A stretch of DNA of 64,000 bases from Candidatus Latescibacterota bacterium (GCA_965217585.1 OZ244561.1:7168001-7232000), one strand, 5' to 3'; counted from the first letter of the stretch, positions 1 through 9,776 are shown. A program made the numbers and translations. The notes: generated by a model from the sequence alone, not told the origin.

Positions 1-819
1 AGCCCTCACTTCGAGCTACTGCTCGGCGGCCGCTTCGACCGGATCGACTACGAGGACGACCTCACCGCCACCAAACGCTCCTACCGGCAGCTAAGCCCGA
101 TGCTCGGCGCGATCTTCGCCCCCACCCAGACCCTTTCGCTCTATGCCAATACGGGCCGCGCCTTTGCCGCGCCTTCCTCGCTAGTCGTCGGCGACCGCGA
201 CGCCGAGGAAAGCACCCAATACGAGATCGGGGCCAAAGCCGCGCTGCTCGACGGCAACCTCAACGCCAACTTCGCCGTCTTTAACCTCGCCAAAGAGCAC
301 ATCGCCATCCCCGACGACAACGGGATCACCCAGCAGGTCGGCGACCAGCGCTCTCGGGGCCTAGAGCTGGAACTGGCAGCGCGTCTAGCCCAAGGCTGGT
401 ACGCCCAAGGCACCTATGCCTTTTTGGACGCCGAGCTGACGCGCTTCAACGAATCCGTATTCGTCCCCACCGCCGAGGGCTTCGTCCCCCAAGTCTTCGA
501 CCGCACGGGCAATGTGCCGGCCTTCGCCCCCGAACACCTTTTGACGCTGTGGGCCGCCCACGACTTGGGCGAGAACCTCACCTTAGCCGCCGGCATCCGC
601 TATGTCGGCAGCCAGTTCGTGGCCGAGGACAATGTCTATGCGATCGACGGTGCGCTAACGCTCGACTGCGGGCTGACCTACCGGCGGGGCCCGGGGCTGC
701 TGCGGATAAACCTCAAGAACGCGACCGGCAGCGAATACGAGACCCGAGGTTTCGGGGGCACCTCGGTCATCCCGGCTGCTCCTTTCTCCTTCAAGGCGAC
801 CCTCGGTTATTCGCTGTGA
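1..819 (+). CDS. TonB-dependent receptor, C-terminal part (5' truncated by window)
   Basis: Open frame from base 1; beta-barrel motifs SLYANTGRAF, QYEIGAK, RSRGLELE, RINLKN. Confidence 0.85.
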   Translation, partial: SPHFELLLGGRFDRIDYEDDLTATKRSYRQLSPMLGAIFAPTQTLSLYANTGRAFAAPSSLVVGDRDAEESTQYEIGAKAALLDGNLNANFAVFNLAKEHIAIPDDNGITQQVGDQRSRGLELELAARLAQGWYAQGTYAFLDAELTRFNESVFVPTAEGFVPQVFDRTGNVPAFAPEHLLTLWAAHDLGENLTLAAGIRYVGSQFVAEDNVYAIDGALTLDCGLTYRRGPGLLRINLKNATGSEYETRGFGGTSVIPAAPFSFKATLGYSL

Positions 820-2093
820 GTGCCTGCGAACGCCTCAGTCGCGACGCGCTGGCGGAGCATCAGCTCCAACGCCTGCACACCCTGCTCAATCCCGTGCTGG
901 AAACCAACGCATTTTACCGCCAGAAGCTCAACGCGGCCGGCATCACGCGGGCCGAGGACATCGCCACTCTCGACGACTTGGCCCGCCTCCCCTTCACCAC
1001 CCGCGCCGAACTGTCTGCCGACCAAGTCGCGCATCCCCCCTATGGCACCAACCTCACCTCTCCGCCCGAGTGCTACACCCGCATCCACCAGACCTCCGGC
1101 ACCACCGGCCAACGCCTGCGCTGGCTCGACACCGCCGAAAGCTGGGAGTGGTGGGGCCGCTGCTGGGCCCAAGTCTATCGCGCCGCTGGCGTCGGCGACC
1201 GCGACCGCATCTTTTTCGCCTTCTCCTTTGGCCCCTTCATCGGCTTCTGGAGCGGGCACCAAGGAGCCAGCCACATCGGCGCGCTGATCGTCCCCGGCGG
1301 CGGCATGTCTTCGGCACAGCGCCTAGACGCCATCGTCGAAAACGAGATCACCGTCCTCGTCTGTACACCAACGTATGCCTTGCACCTAGGAGAAGTCGCC
1401 CGCGATCGCGGCCTCGACCTTGCCGCGAGCAGCGTACACACCACCATCCACGCTGGAGAGCCAGGCGCGAATCTCCCGGCTACCCGCGCCCAAATCGAGC
1501 GCACCTGGGGTGCCCGCTGCTTCGATCACGCCGGGGCCACCGAGGTCGGCGCTTGGGGTTTCGACTGCCGCGAACAGGCTGGCTTGCATCTCAACGAGGG
1601 CGAATTCATCTGCGAGATCGTCGATCCGCAAAGCGGCGCACCCGCCGACGAGGGCGAGCTGGTCATCACCAATCTTGGCCGCATCGGAATGCCGATCCTC
1701 CGCTACCGCACCGGCGATCGCGTCGCCCTCAATCGCACGCCCTGCGACTGTGGCCGCACCTTCCAGCGGCTCCAAGGCGGCGTCACCGGTCGCCTCGACG
1801 ACGCCTTGCTCATCCGTGGCGTAGTCGTCTATCCCAGCGCCATCGAAAACGTCGTGCGTCAGTTCCCCGCCGTCACCGAATTCGCCGTTGACGTCCACCG
1901 GCGCAAAGCACTGGACGAGTTGGAAGTTCGCTTAGAACTGGACGGCAATGCCAACGACACCGCCGATCAAGTAGAACGCGCCCTCTCCCACCGGCTGGGC
2001 CTGCGCGCCGACATCCAAATCGCCGCGCCGAATACCCTGCCGCGCTTTGAACTCAAAGCCCAGCGCTTCACCGATCACAGGAGCCACACGTGA
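816..2093 (+). CDS. Phenylacetate-CoA ligase (PaaK)-like acyl-CoA ligase
   Basis: TSGTTG P-loop, HAGATE, RYRTGD; GTG start overlapping the upstream TGA. Confidence 0.85.
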   Translation: MSACERLSRDALAEHQLQRLHTLLNPVLETNAFYRQKLNAAGITRAEDIATLDDLARLPFTTRAELSADQVAHPPYGTNLTSPPECYTRIHQTSGTTGQRLRWLDTAESWEWWGRCWAQVYRAAGVGDRDRIFFAFSFGPFIGFWSGHQGASHIGALIVPGGGMSSAQRLDAIVENEITVLVCTPTYALHLGEVARDRGLDLAASSVHTTIHAGEPGANLPATRAQIERTWGARCFDHAGATEVGAWGFDCREQAGLHLNEGEFICEIVDPQSGAPADEGELVITNLGRIGMPILRYRTGDRVALNRTPCDCGRTFQRLQGGVTGRLDDALLIRGVVVYPSAIENVVRQFPAVTEFAVDVHRRKALDELEVRLELDGNANDTADQVERALSHRLGLRADIQIAAPNTLPRFELKAQRFTDHRSHT

Positions 2094-3346
2094 GCGACGT
2101 CATCGTCATCGGCGGTGGCCCCGCCGGCAGCACCGTAGCCGCCCTCGTAGCCGCAACCGGTCGCCAAGTCCAGCTCTTTGAGCGGGAGCAGTTCCCCCGC
2201 TTCGCGATCGGCGAGTCCCTGATGCCGGATACCTACTGGACGTTCAAACGGCTCGGCGTACTCGGCCGACTCAAAGACAGCGCCTTCCCCCGCAAGCACA
2301 GCGTGCAGTTTTTCGGCAAGTCGGGTCGCGGCTCGGCACCCTTCTACTTTTCTGACACCAACCCCCACGAGAGTGCGGTAACTTGGCAGGTCCTGCGCGG
2401 TCCATTCGACGAGATGCTCCTCGACAACGCCCGCGCCAAAGGCACCCAAGTGCATCAGGGTGCCCGGGTGCTCGAAGTGCTGTTCGAAGGGGAGCGCGCA
2501 AGGGGCGTGCGCGCCAAGCTCGCCGACGGCCAAACCCGCGATTTTGCCGCCCAAGTCGTCGTCGATGCCACCGGCCAGAGTGCGCTGATCGGCCGCAAAC
2601 TCAAGCTGACCAAGCCCGAGCCCGAGCTGAAGAAGGCTTCGATCTACACCCACTATCGCGGCGGCCAGCGCGACGAGGGCATCGACGAGGGCGCGACCTT
2701 GATCCTCCACACCGAAAACCGAGACTCCTGGTTTTGGTACATTCCCCTGTCCGACGACAAGGTCAGCGTCGGCGTGGTCGGCGCAATCTCCTATTTGGTC
2801 CAAGGCCGCAGAGAAGACGCGCAGACCATCTTCGACCAAGAGCTGGCCAAATGCCGACCCATGCAGGAGCGCCTGCAAAATGCCGAGCAACTCTTTCCGG
2901 TCAAGACCACCAAGGACTTTTCCTACCGCGCCAGCCGCATCGCCGGCGCGGGCTGGGTGTTGGTCGGCGACGCGTTCTGTTTTCTCGACCCGATGTACTC
3001 CTCGGGCGTGTACCTAGCCCTCAAATCCGGCGAGATGGCCGCCGACGCCATCGCCGGGGCCTTTGCCAAAGGAGATTTCTCTGCCGAGCAACTCGGGGTT
3101 TTTGGCCCCGAACTAGTGCGCGGCATGGAGGCGGTGCGCAAAATGGTGTACGCCTTCTACTCCAAGGACTTCAGCTTCGCCGAATTCCTCAAACGCCATC
3201 CCGAGTGCAAACAGGGGGTCGTCGACGTTCTGAGCGGCAACCTCTTCAGCGAGCACGTCGAGCCTATTTTCGGGCCGATGAGCGAGGTCTGCCAGATGCC
3301 CGCCGCCGTCCCCTTAACCCCGCAACCTTCAGGAGCAACACCATGA
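2090..3346 (+). CDS. FAD-dependent halogenase-like oxidoreductase
   Basis: GGGPAG, FPRK (candidate catalytic Lys), WFWYIP and FLDPMYSSG motifs. Confidence 0.75.
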   Translation: MSDVIVIGGGPAGSTVAALVAATGRQVQLFEREQFPRFAIGESLMPDTYWTFKRLGVLGRLKDSAFPRKHSVQFFGKSGRGSAPFYFSDTNPHESAVTWQVLRGPFDEMLLDNARAKGTQVHQGARVLEVLFEGERARGVRAKLADGQTRDFAAQVVVDATGQSALIGRKLKLTKPEPELKKASIYTHYRGGQRDEGIDEGATLILHTENRDSWFWYIPLSDDKVSVGVVGAISYLVQGRREDAQTIFDQELAKCRPMQERLQNAEQLFPVKTTKDFSYRASRIAGAGWVLVGDAFCFLDPMYSSGVYLALKSGEMAADAIAGAFAKGDFSAEQLGVFGPELVRGMEAVRKMVYAFYSKDFSFAEFLKRHPECKQGVVDVLSGNLFSEHVEPIFGPMSEVCQMPAAVPLTPQPSGATP

Positions 3347-3567
3347 ACGCCACCGTCCGCCGGCTCCTCTACCTGGGGCTTCTGATCCTCTACCTCCTGC
3401 ACAACGACCTCTGGCTCTGGGACGATCCGCGCATCGTCTTCGGGCTGCCCATCGGCTTGCTCTACCACATCGGCTTCTGCGTGGCCGCTACCGGGCTAAT
3501 GGTCTTGCTGGTCAACTACGCCTGGCCGTCCGAGTTAGACGCAGAGGACGAGGAGCAAGCCGCATGA
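3343..3567 (+). CDS. Small 2-TM symporter accessory protein (DUF3311-like)
   Basis: 74 aa hydrophobic, HNDLWLW..GLP motif, AGGAG RBS, ATGA overlaps on both sides. Confidence 0.75.
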   Translation: MNATVRRLLYLGLLILYLLHNDLWLWDDPRIVFGLPIGLLYHIGFCVAATGLMVLLVNYAWPSELDAEDEEQAA

Positions 3568-5018
3568 CCACGACCATCATCTTCTGCTACCTAGGCCTAG
3601 TACTCTGCATCGGCGTCCTCTCCAATCGCTTCTTTCGCGGCACTGGCGAGGACTACTTTGTCGCCAGCCGCTCCATCGGCCCCTTCCTGTTGCTGATGTC
3701 GCTGTTTGGCACCAACATGACCGCGTTCGCCATCTTAGGGGCCTCCGGCGAAGCCTACCACACCGGTATCGGCGTCTTTGCCCTGATGCCTTCGGCCTCG
3801 GCCCTGATTATCCCCACTGTCTTCTTCTTCATCGGCACCCGCGTCTGGGCGCTGGGCAAGCGTCACAACCTCCTCACGCAGGTCCAGTATTTCCGTCGCC
3901 GCTGGGACTCCGACGGCTTGGGCCTGCTGCTCTTCGTGGTCATGATCGCGCTGCTCATCCCCTACCTGCTCATCGGCGTCATGGGCGGCGGCATTACCCT
4001 CGCCCAAATCACCAAAGGGCAGATCCCCCAATGGGCCGGTGGCATGCTGGTCTGCTTGGTGGTACTGGCCTACGTCAGCTTCGGCGGCATGCGCGGCACC
4101 GCCTGGGCCAACGCCTTCCAAACGCTGGTCTTTATGATTCTCGGCGGTGTGGCCTTCTTCGTCATCGTCGATAAGCTGGGCGGGCTGGACAGCGCGTTAG
4201 CACAAGTCACGGCGGCGCACCCCGAGCTACTGATCAAGGGGGACAATATCAGCCCGATCAAACTCCTAACCTATACCTGTATCCCGCTCTCGGTCGGCAT
4301 GTTCCCCCACCTTTTCACCCACTGGCTCACCGCTAAAAGCGCCCGCACCTTTCGCTGGCCGCTGATGTTCTACCCGCTGTGCATCGCCATCGTTTGGATT
4401 CCCAGCGTGTTATTGGGCATCTTCGGCAGCATTGACTTCCCCGGCCTCAAGGGCCCGGCGGCCAACTCAGTGCTGGTCAAGATGATTGACCTACACGCCC
4501 CCGGCGCACTGGCCGGCCTGCTCGCCGCCGGAGTCTTCGCCGCCATCATGTCTTCGCTCGACTCGCAGGTGCTCTCCATCAGCAACATGTTCACCCAGGA
4601 CATCGTCCGTCACTACCGCAAGGGCGACGAGTTGAGCGAAAAGGCCCAAGTCCTGTGGGGCCGCCTCTTCGTGATTGCCATCTTCGCCGTTACCTACGTG
4701 CTCTCGCTGGTCTCGGCCCGCAGCATCTTCTCCCTCGCCATCTGGTCCTTCACCGGCTTTGCAGCGCTCTTCCCAGTGGTCGTCGCCGCCCTCTTCTGGA
4801 AGCGCAGCACCCAGTACGGCGCCTTCGCCTCCGTGCTCACCGTAGCCGTGCTGTGGTGCTATTTCTTCTTTCAGGGGTGGAAAGTGCCCGGCTATACGGT
4901 CGGCATGACCGGAGTAATGCCCGTGGTGGTGATCTTAGCCGCTTCTGCCGTGGCCATGATCGTCGGCTCGCTGTTGACCAAGCCACCGGCCAAAACCACC
5001 ATCGATAAATTCTTCTAG
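3564..5018 (+). CDS. Sodium:solute symporter (SSS family)
   Basis: Multi-TM; DYFVASRSIG, FGGMRGTAW, AAIMSSLDS motifs. Confidence 0.9.
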   Translation: MTTTIIFCYLGLVLCIGVLSNRFFRGTGEDYFVASRSIGPFLLLMSLFGTNMTAFAILGASGEAYHTGIGVFALMPSASALIIPTVFFFIGTRVWALGKRHNLLTQVQYFRRRWDSDGLGLLLFVVMIALLIPYLLIGVMGGGITLAQITKGQIPQWAGGMLVCLVVLAYVSFGGMRGTAWANAFQTLVFMILGGVAFFVIVDKLGGLDSALAQVTAAHPELLIKGDNISPIKLLTYTCIPLSVGMFPHLFTHWLTAKSARTFRWPLMFYPLCIAIVWIPSVLLGIFGSIDFPGLKGPAANSVLVKMIDLHAPGALAGLLAAGVFAAIMSSLDSQVLSISNMFTQDIVRHYRKGDELSEKAQVLWGRLFVIAIFAVTYVLSLVSARSIFSLAIWSFTGFAALFPVVVAALFWKRSTQYGAFASVLTVAVLWCYFFFQGWKVPGYTVGMTGVMPVVVILAASAVAMIVGSLLTKPPAKTTIDKFF

Positions 5019-5020
5019 CG

Positions 5021-6304
5021 ATGCGCCTCGCCTATATCACGGCCGGTGCCGCCGGCATGTACTGCGGCAGTTGCATCCACGACAACGCGCTCGCTGCCGC
5101 CTTAACACGCCGCGATGCCGATGTCGCCCTCATCCCGACCTATACGCCGCTGCGCACGGACGAGGAAAACGTCTCGCTGGACCGCGTCTTCTACGGCGGC
5201 GTCAACATCTTTCTGCAACAGCAGTGGTCGTTTTTCCGCCGCACGCACCCCCTCGTCGACCGCGTCCTCGACTCCCCGTTCCTAATCCGCACCCTCGCGC
5301 ACTTTGGCTCCTCTACCAATGCCCGCGATCTAGGGCCGCTCACCGTCTCGATCCTCGCCGGTGAGGAGGGAAACCAACAAAAGGAACTCACCCGCCTCGT
5401 CGCCTGGCTCCAGCGCGACTTTAAACCCGACCTCATCCAGCTAACCAACGCCATGTTCGTCGGCATGGCCCGGCAATTGAAAGCACAACTAGGCGTCCCC
5501 GTCCTCTGCGCCCTCCAGGGCGAGGACCTGTTCTTAGATGGCCTAGTCCAACCTTGGAAAACCCAAGCCTTGGACATCCTGCGCCAACGCGCCCAAGACA
5601 TCGACGCCTTCATCGCCCCGTGTGAATACTACCAAGACTACATGGCCGAATACCTGCAGGTACCGCGCACAAAAATCCACGTGGTGCCGCTCGGCCTCAA
5701 CCTGACGGGACACGGGCAAGAGCCACCGCCCGCCGACGGCCCCTACAAAATCGGCTACCTCGCCCGCATCTGCCCCGAAAAGGGCTTTCACCTGCTCGTC
5801 GATGCCTTCCGCAAGTTAAAAGAGCAGCCCGAGTTTGCCTCCCTGCGCCTCGAAGCCGCCGGCTACCTCAGCGCCTACGACAAGCCCTACTTCGCCGAGC
5901 AGGTGCAAAAAATCCGCCGCTGGGGGCTAGCCGATTCGTTCACCTATCACGGCGAAGTCGATCGCCGCGAAAAAATCCGCCTGCTCTCTTCGCTCCACGT
6001 CTTCTCCGTACCTTCGGTTTACGCCGACCCCAAGGGTCTGTCGGTTCTCGAAGCCTTAGCCAACGGCATCCCGGTCATCCAGCCCGACCACGGCGCGTTC
6101 CCCGAGCTGATCGCGGCTACCGGCGGCGGTCTCCTCGTCACACCCGATTCCCCAGAGCCCCTAGCCAACGAACTTGCCGCCTTGCTGCACGATAAAAAAC
6201 GGCGACGCCAGCTCGGACAAACCGGCCAAGAAGCGGTCCACAGTCGCTTCCACGCCGACGCCATGGCCGCAGGGACGCTCGCCGTGTACGAGCAGTATCT
6301 GTAA
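5021..6304 (+). CDS. Glycosyltransferase family 4
   Basis: GT-B motifs ARICPEKG and GLSVLEALANGIPVI. Confidence 0.85.
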   Translation: MRLAYITAGAAGMYCGSCIHDNALAAALTRRDADVALIPTYTPLRTDEENVSLDRVFYGGVNIFLQQQWSFFRRTHPLVDRVLDSPFLIRTLAHFGSSTNARDLGPLTVSILAGEEGNQQKELTRLVAWLQRDFKPDLIQLTNAMFVGMARQLKAQLGVPVLCALQGEDLFLDGLVQPWKTQALDILRQRAQDIDAFIAPCEYYQDYMAEYLQVPRTKIHVVPLGLNLTGHGQEPPPADGPYKIGYLARICPEKGFHLLVDAFRKLKEQPEFASLRLEAAGYLSAYDKPYFAEQVQKIRRWGLADSFTYHGEVDRREKIRLLSSLHVFSVPSVYADPKGLSVLEALANGIPVIQPDHGAFPELIAATGGGLLVTPDSPEPLANELAALLHDKKRRRQLGQTGQEAVHSRFHADAMAAGTLAVYEQYL

Positions 6305-6313
6305 AAAGGATTA

Positions 6314-6369
6314 GGCCCTCGAATCGGTGGGCATTGAAGTGGATCCGCTCAATCAGCGGCTGAAAAGAC
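6314..6369 (+). repeat. 56-bp orphan copy of the 3' end of the aspartic protease gene (matches 6843-6898)
   Basis: 54/56 identity by direct comparison. Confidence 0.9.
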
Positions 6370-6558
6370 GTTACCTACAATGCCCCTCAAAACAATGAGG
6401 TAAGCAAAAAATTTCTTAACCGCGAAATTCCCCGATACTAGTCAGTTATGTCCACAGCCCATGTCAAGAAGGTGCGGTTGACGTGTTAGGCGTCGTCTTG
6501 GAAGTTCTAACGAGTAGCGGGGAGAAGGCCCGCGAGACCTGCAAAAAAAGGAACGGAC

Positions 6559-6945
6559 ATGGGAGCCACGCACGTCACCGTAACTATTCGCAATCCGGCC
6601 GCACCAGACCGCACTTGGGAAGGGCTGTTTCTGGTCGATACGGGCGCGACGGATTGCCTCGTCCCAAGGCAGCATCTCGAAGCCATCGGTCTTGAGCCGC
6701 AAGGCCAGCGGACATACGAGTTGGCCAATGGGGCCGAACTCAAGCTCGACATCGGGGTCGGGCAAGTCGAATTCATGGGCGAATTCGTCGGCGGCACGAT
6801 TATCTTTGGCGACGCGGACGCCGAGCCGCTGCTAGGGGTAACGGCCCTCGAATCGGTGGGCATTGAAGTAGATCCGCTCAATCAGCAGCTGAAAAGACTT
6901 CCTGCGGTACGGCTTAAAAGGGCGGGCAAGGGAGCCGCTCCTTAA
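6559..6945 (+). CDS. Clan AA (retropepsin-like) aspartic protease
   Basis: FLVDTGAT catalytic motif, EPLLGVTALE. Confidence 0.85.
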   Translation: MGATHVTVTIRNPAAPDRTWEGLFLVDTGATDCLVPRQHLEAIGLEPQGQRTYELANGAELKLDIGVGQVEFMGEFVGGTIIFGDADAEPLLGVTALESVGIEVDPLNQQLKRLPAVRLKRAGKGAAP

Positions 6946-6991
6946 TTTTAAACGCAATCACTACCCAAATGCGATGTCGGGGCTTTGTGCG

Positions 6992-7885
6992 TTAAATCTT
7001 CCCTGCGGCGACAAATTCGCGCAAGAGCGCCAAGAAAGCCTCCGTCGCCGGCGAACGCCGTCGCTGCCGGTGCTCGATTAGGCCTATTTGGCGTTTGGCC
7101 AATCCATTGACCTGTATAGCGCGTACTTTCCCTGCGGCGACTTCTGCTTCCACCGCCACCTCCGGCACCAGGGCAATACCCAACCCGATTTCCACGTAGC
7201 GCTTGATAATCTCGATCCCGCCGAGACTCATTTCGACCTGCAACGCCAAGCCCTCCCGCTGGAAAACTTCGTCGAGCAACTGCCGGCTGGTGCTCCCGCG
7301 TTCCAAGACCAGAAACGGATATTCGGCAAGCTGTTTAAGCCCTATCCTGCGCCTTTTGCCTAGCGCGTGGTCCGGGGGGCAAATAAGCACATCCCGCCGC
7401 TCAAAAAGCGACTTGCTGACCAAGTCGCGGTGCTTAACCGGCAATGTCGCCAACCCGAAGTCCACTTCGTCGTTGAGCACCAAGTTGCTCACCTCCGGCG
7501 ACATTCGATTGCGGATGTCCAACTCGACCGCCGGGTAGCGGGTGTGGAACTCGGCGAGTAAGCTAGGCAAAATATAGGTGCAGTTGGTATCGCTAGTCCC
7601 GATTGCCAGCCGCCCACGCAAGACCTGCTTGAGCGCCGCAATATCGTCGCGCGCCTGCTCCAGCTGGGAAAGCATCACCTTCGCATGGACAAAGAGGATC
7701 TCACCAGCTGGCGTCAGACGGAGCTGCCGCCGATTGCGCTCGAGTAGAATCTCGTCCAGTTCGTTCTCCAATGCCTTGATCTGTAGGCTGATGGCCGGCT
7801 GCGTCAGAAAGAGTTTGTCGGCCGCCCGCGTAAAGCTCTGCTCGCGGACGATTTCGCAGAAACTGCGCAATTGGTAGAGGTCCAT
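6992..7885 (-). CDS. LysR-family transcriptional regulator
   Basis: SFTRAADKLFLTQPAISLQIKALE HTH, 297 aa. Confidence 0.95.
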   Translation of the reverse strand: MDLYQLRSFCEIVREQSFTRAADKLFLTQPAISLQIKALENELDEILLERNRRQLRLTPAGEILFVHAKVMLSQLEQARDDIAALKQVLRGRLAIGTSDTNCTYILPSLLAEFHTRYPAVELDIRNRMSPEVSNLVLNDEVDFGLATLPVKHRDLVSKSLFERRDVLICPPDHALGKRRRIGLKQLAEYPFLVLERGSTSRQLLDEVFQREGLALQVEMSLGGIEIIKRYVEIGLGIALVPEVAVEAEVAAGKVRAIQVNGLAKRQIGLIEHRQRRRSPATEAFLALLREFVAAGKI

Positions 7886-7928
7886 TCGAAGTCTCTCATT
7901 TATTTCAGTTATTCTTAGAATAATATAT

Positions 7929-7943
7929 ATAAATTTTTATTAT
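7929..7943. promoter_or_regulatory. Putative LysR binding box ATAA-N7-TTAT
   Basis: T-N11-A dyad in the AT-rich divergent lysR/purA-like intergenic region. Confidence 0.5.
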
Positions 7944-8003
7944 GATACAATTTCGCTTATCGTCAGAGGCGTCAACCAATTCACTCTTTAAATGGAGGTC
8001 GCT

Positions 8004-9023
8004 ATGAGCGCCATCATCGTCGTTGACGCCTTCTGGGGCGATTCGGGTAAAGGCAAGGTCGCCGCCTTCCTCGCGCGAAAACACCAAGCCGCCTACAGTG
8101 TCCGAGCCGGGATCGGCACCAACGCCGGGCACAGTATCCTCTTTGCCGACGGCAGCGAAATCCGCACTCGGCAGCTACCTTGCGGCTTTCTCCACCCCGA
8201 CACGCAACTGCGCGTCGGCAGCGGCGTCGCCGTCGATCCCGAGCTGTTCTGCGCCGAACTCGACCAGCTAGACCCGAGCTATGGGCTGCGCGAGCGGACT
8301 CGCGTCGATTACCGCTGCCCGCTGATCCTGCCCGAGTATCGCCAACGCGAAGCGGCTGACGTCTTTCTGCAGGAACACGGCACCACCGCCAGCGGCAGCG
8401 GCGTCGCCCGCGCCGAATTCGCCCTGCGCAAAGCGCGCCAAGCCCGCGACGAACAGATCCTCGCGGACTACACCGCCGACGTCGCCCGCGAGCTCAACGA
8501 GAGTTGCCTACGCGGTGAAACCATCGTCGTCGAGGGCAGCCAAGGCACCCACCTGTCGCTAGCCCTGAGCGATGACTATCCCGACTGTACCTCGGACAAC
8601 TGTACCACCGCCGCCTTTGCCGATGACGTCGGGCTCAACTGGCGCCATATCGCAGAAGTCTGCTTGGTGGTCAAAGCCGTGCCTAGCCGCGTCGGCACGG
8701 GCCCCCTACCACTGCAATTGACGCCAGCGGAGGAGGAACGCCGGGGCATCGTCGAATACGGAGTGGCGACCGGGCGACGGCGGCGCAAAGCCGCGGGTAT
8801 CTCCTGGCCACATTTGGAAACAGCCGTCCTCCTCAACGGTCCCACCCAATTAGCCCTGACCTTCTGCGACCACCTCGACCCCGAGGTCGCCGGCGCACGC
8901 CACCGCAGCGCATTGACCGCGCCCGTCCGACACCTCATTGACGAGTTAGAGGAGCGGTTCAACATTCCTGTATCGCTCTGCGATTGTGGCGTACATTTCG
9001 AGAACCTCATCGCTATCAATTGA
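8004..9023 (+). CDS. purA: Adenylosuccinate synthetase-like protein, short (archaeal-size) form
   Basis: WGDSGKGK, NAGH, EGSQG, EYGVATGRRRR; GGAGG RBS before ATG 8004; 339 aa. Confidence 0.75.
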   Translation: MSAIIVVDAFWGDSGKGKVAAFLARKHQAAYSVRAGIGTNAGHSILFADGSEIRTRQLPCGFLHPDTQLRVGSGVAVDPELFCAELDQLDPSYGLRERTRVDYRCPLILPEYRQREAADVFLQEHGTTASGSGVARAEFALRKARQARDEQILADYTADVARELNESCLRGETIVVEGSQGTHLSLALSDDYPDCTSDNCTTAAFADDVGLNWRHIAEVCLVVKAVPSRVGTGPLPLQLTPAEEERRGIVEYGVATGRRRRKAAGISWPHLETAVLLNGPTQLALTFCDHLDPEVAGARHRSALTAPVRHLIDELEERFNIPVSLCDCGVHFENLIAIN

Positions 9024-9074
9024 TCTCTCGACAGCGACTAGCCTGCTGGAAGCCTCTCTTCAAGCGTGGGTCTT

Positions 9075-9122
9075 GTAGAGGTGGCGTAACGTCAGTTAAA
9101 ACTGACGTTACGCCACCTCTAC
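9075..9122. repeat. Perfect 23-bp inverted repeat containing the CTGACGTTACGC element-end motif
   Basis: GTAGAGGTGGCGTAACGTCAGTT-AA-AACTGACGTTACGCCACCTCTAC. Confidence 0.9.
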
Positions 9123-9306
9123 CTTCGCAGGGGCAGGCTCTTATGCCCGTTTGGTGCCTGTGCGGCCCCGGTGTCATGCCTGCGAAAGCAGGCATCCAGC
9201 AATGCCCGTTTGAGGCCCGTGCGCTGGGCTGGATTCCCGCTTTCGCGGGAATGACGACGGGTGGGGCCGCAAGCCGCAGACGCTGCATAAGGCTGCGTAA
9301 CATCAC
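9102..9306. mobile_element. Candidate MITE with CTGACGTTACGC-type ends
   Basis: Left end CTGACGTTACGC; right end GCTGCGTAACATCAC (13/15 to the end at 26893-26907); flanks TTAAAA/TTAATA. Confidence 0.35.
9173..9255. repeat. dRS3/REP-like composite palindrome (GTCATTCCCGCGAAAGCGGGAATCCAG type)
   Basis: gtcatgcctgcgaaagcaggcatccagc ... gctggattcccgctttcgcgggaatgac inverted pair, each arm itself a hairpin. Confidence 0.8.
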
Positions 9307-9316
9307 TTAATAATTG

Positions 9317-9345
9317 TTGACAGTGTAACAAAATGTGTTACTCAT
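9317..9345 (+). promoter_or_regulatory. Putative higA promoter with GTAACA-N5-TGTTAC operator
   Basis: TTGACA at 9317 followed by a palindrome at 9325-9341. Confidence 0.55.
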
Positions 9346-9354
9346 TGAGGTGAC

Positions 9355-9684
9355 ATGGCCGAATATTCCGTCAACCGTCCGTTGAAGCGTGCGCCTGTTC
9401 ATCCGGGTGAGATTCTGCGTGAAGATGTATTGCCGTCGCTTGAGTTATCGGTTAGTGAAGCGGCTCGACGACTCGGTGTTTCGCGTCAACAATTGCATCG
9501 CGTTCTGGCTTGTACGCATCCGATTACAACAGAAATGGCACTTAGAATAGGAAAACTCGTCGGCAACGGTCCTGGGCTGTGGTTGCGCCTGCAACAAGCT
9601 TGTGATTTGTGGCGTGTAGAGCAGTGTATGAAAGACGAACTTGCAAAAATAAGACCTGCAAATTTGACGTACTCCCAAAGCTGA
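9355..9684 (+). CDS. higA: HigA-family antitoxin (orphan)
   Basis: PVHPGEILRED, HTH, ITTEMALRI, WLRLQ. Confidence 0.9.
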   Translation: MAEYSVNRPLKRAPVHPGEILREDVLPSLELSVSEAARRLGVSRQQLHRVLACTHPITTEMALRIGKLVGNGPGLWLRLQQACDLWRVEQCMKDELAKIRPANLTYSQS

Positions 9685-9776
9685 AGCATTGCTGGCGTTG
9701 TGCCGAGCGCGTCGGCGATGATTACACCGGTTTTTTGAGCAGTTCGTCCATATCCACAAAGTAAAGGATTATCCCC

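Noticed and set aside
549-815. N-terminal extension of the CoA ligase ORF
   Set aside because: Overlaps the TonB receptor; GTG 816 coupled to its stop is more plausible
2383-3342. 394-aa ORF overlapping the halogenase
   Set aside because: Only the last 74 aa (from ATG 3343) look like a real protein
8984-9331. ORFs containing VIPAKAGIQ/WIPAFAGMT
   Set aside because: Translations of the palindromic repeat, not genes
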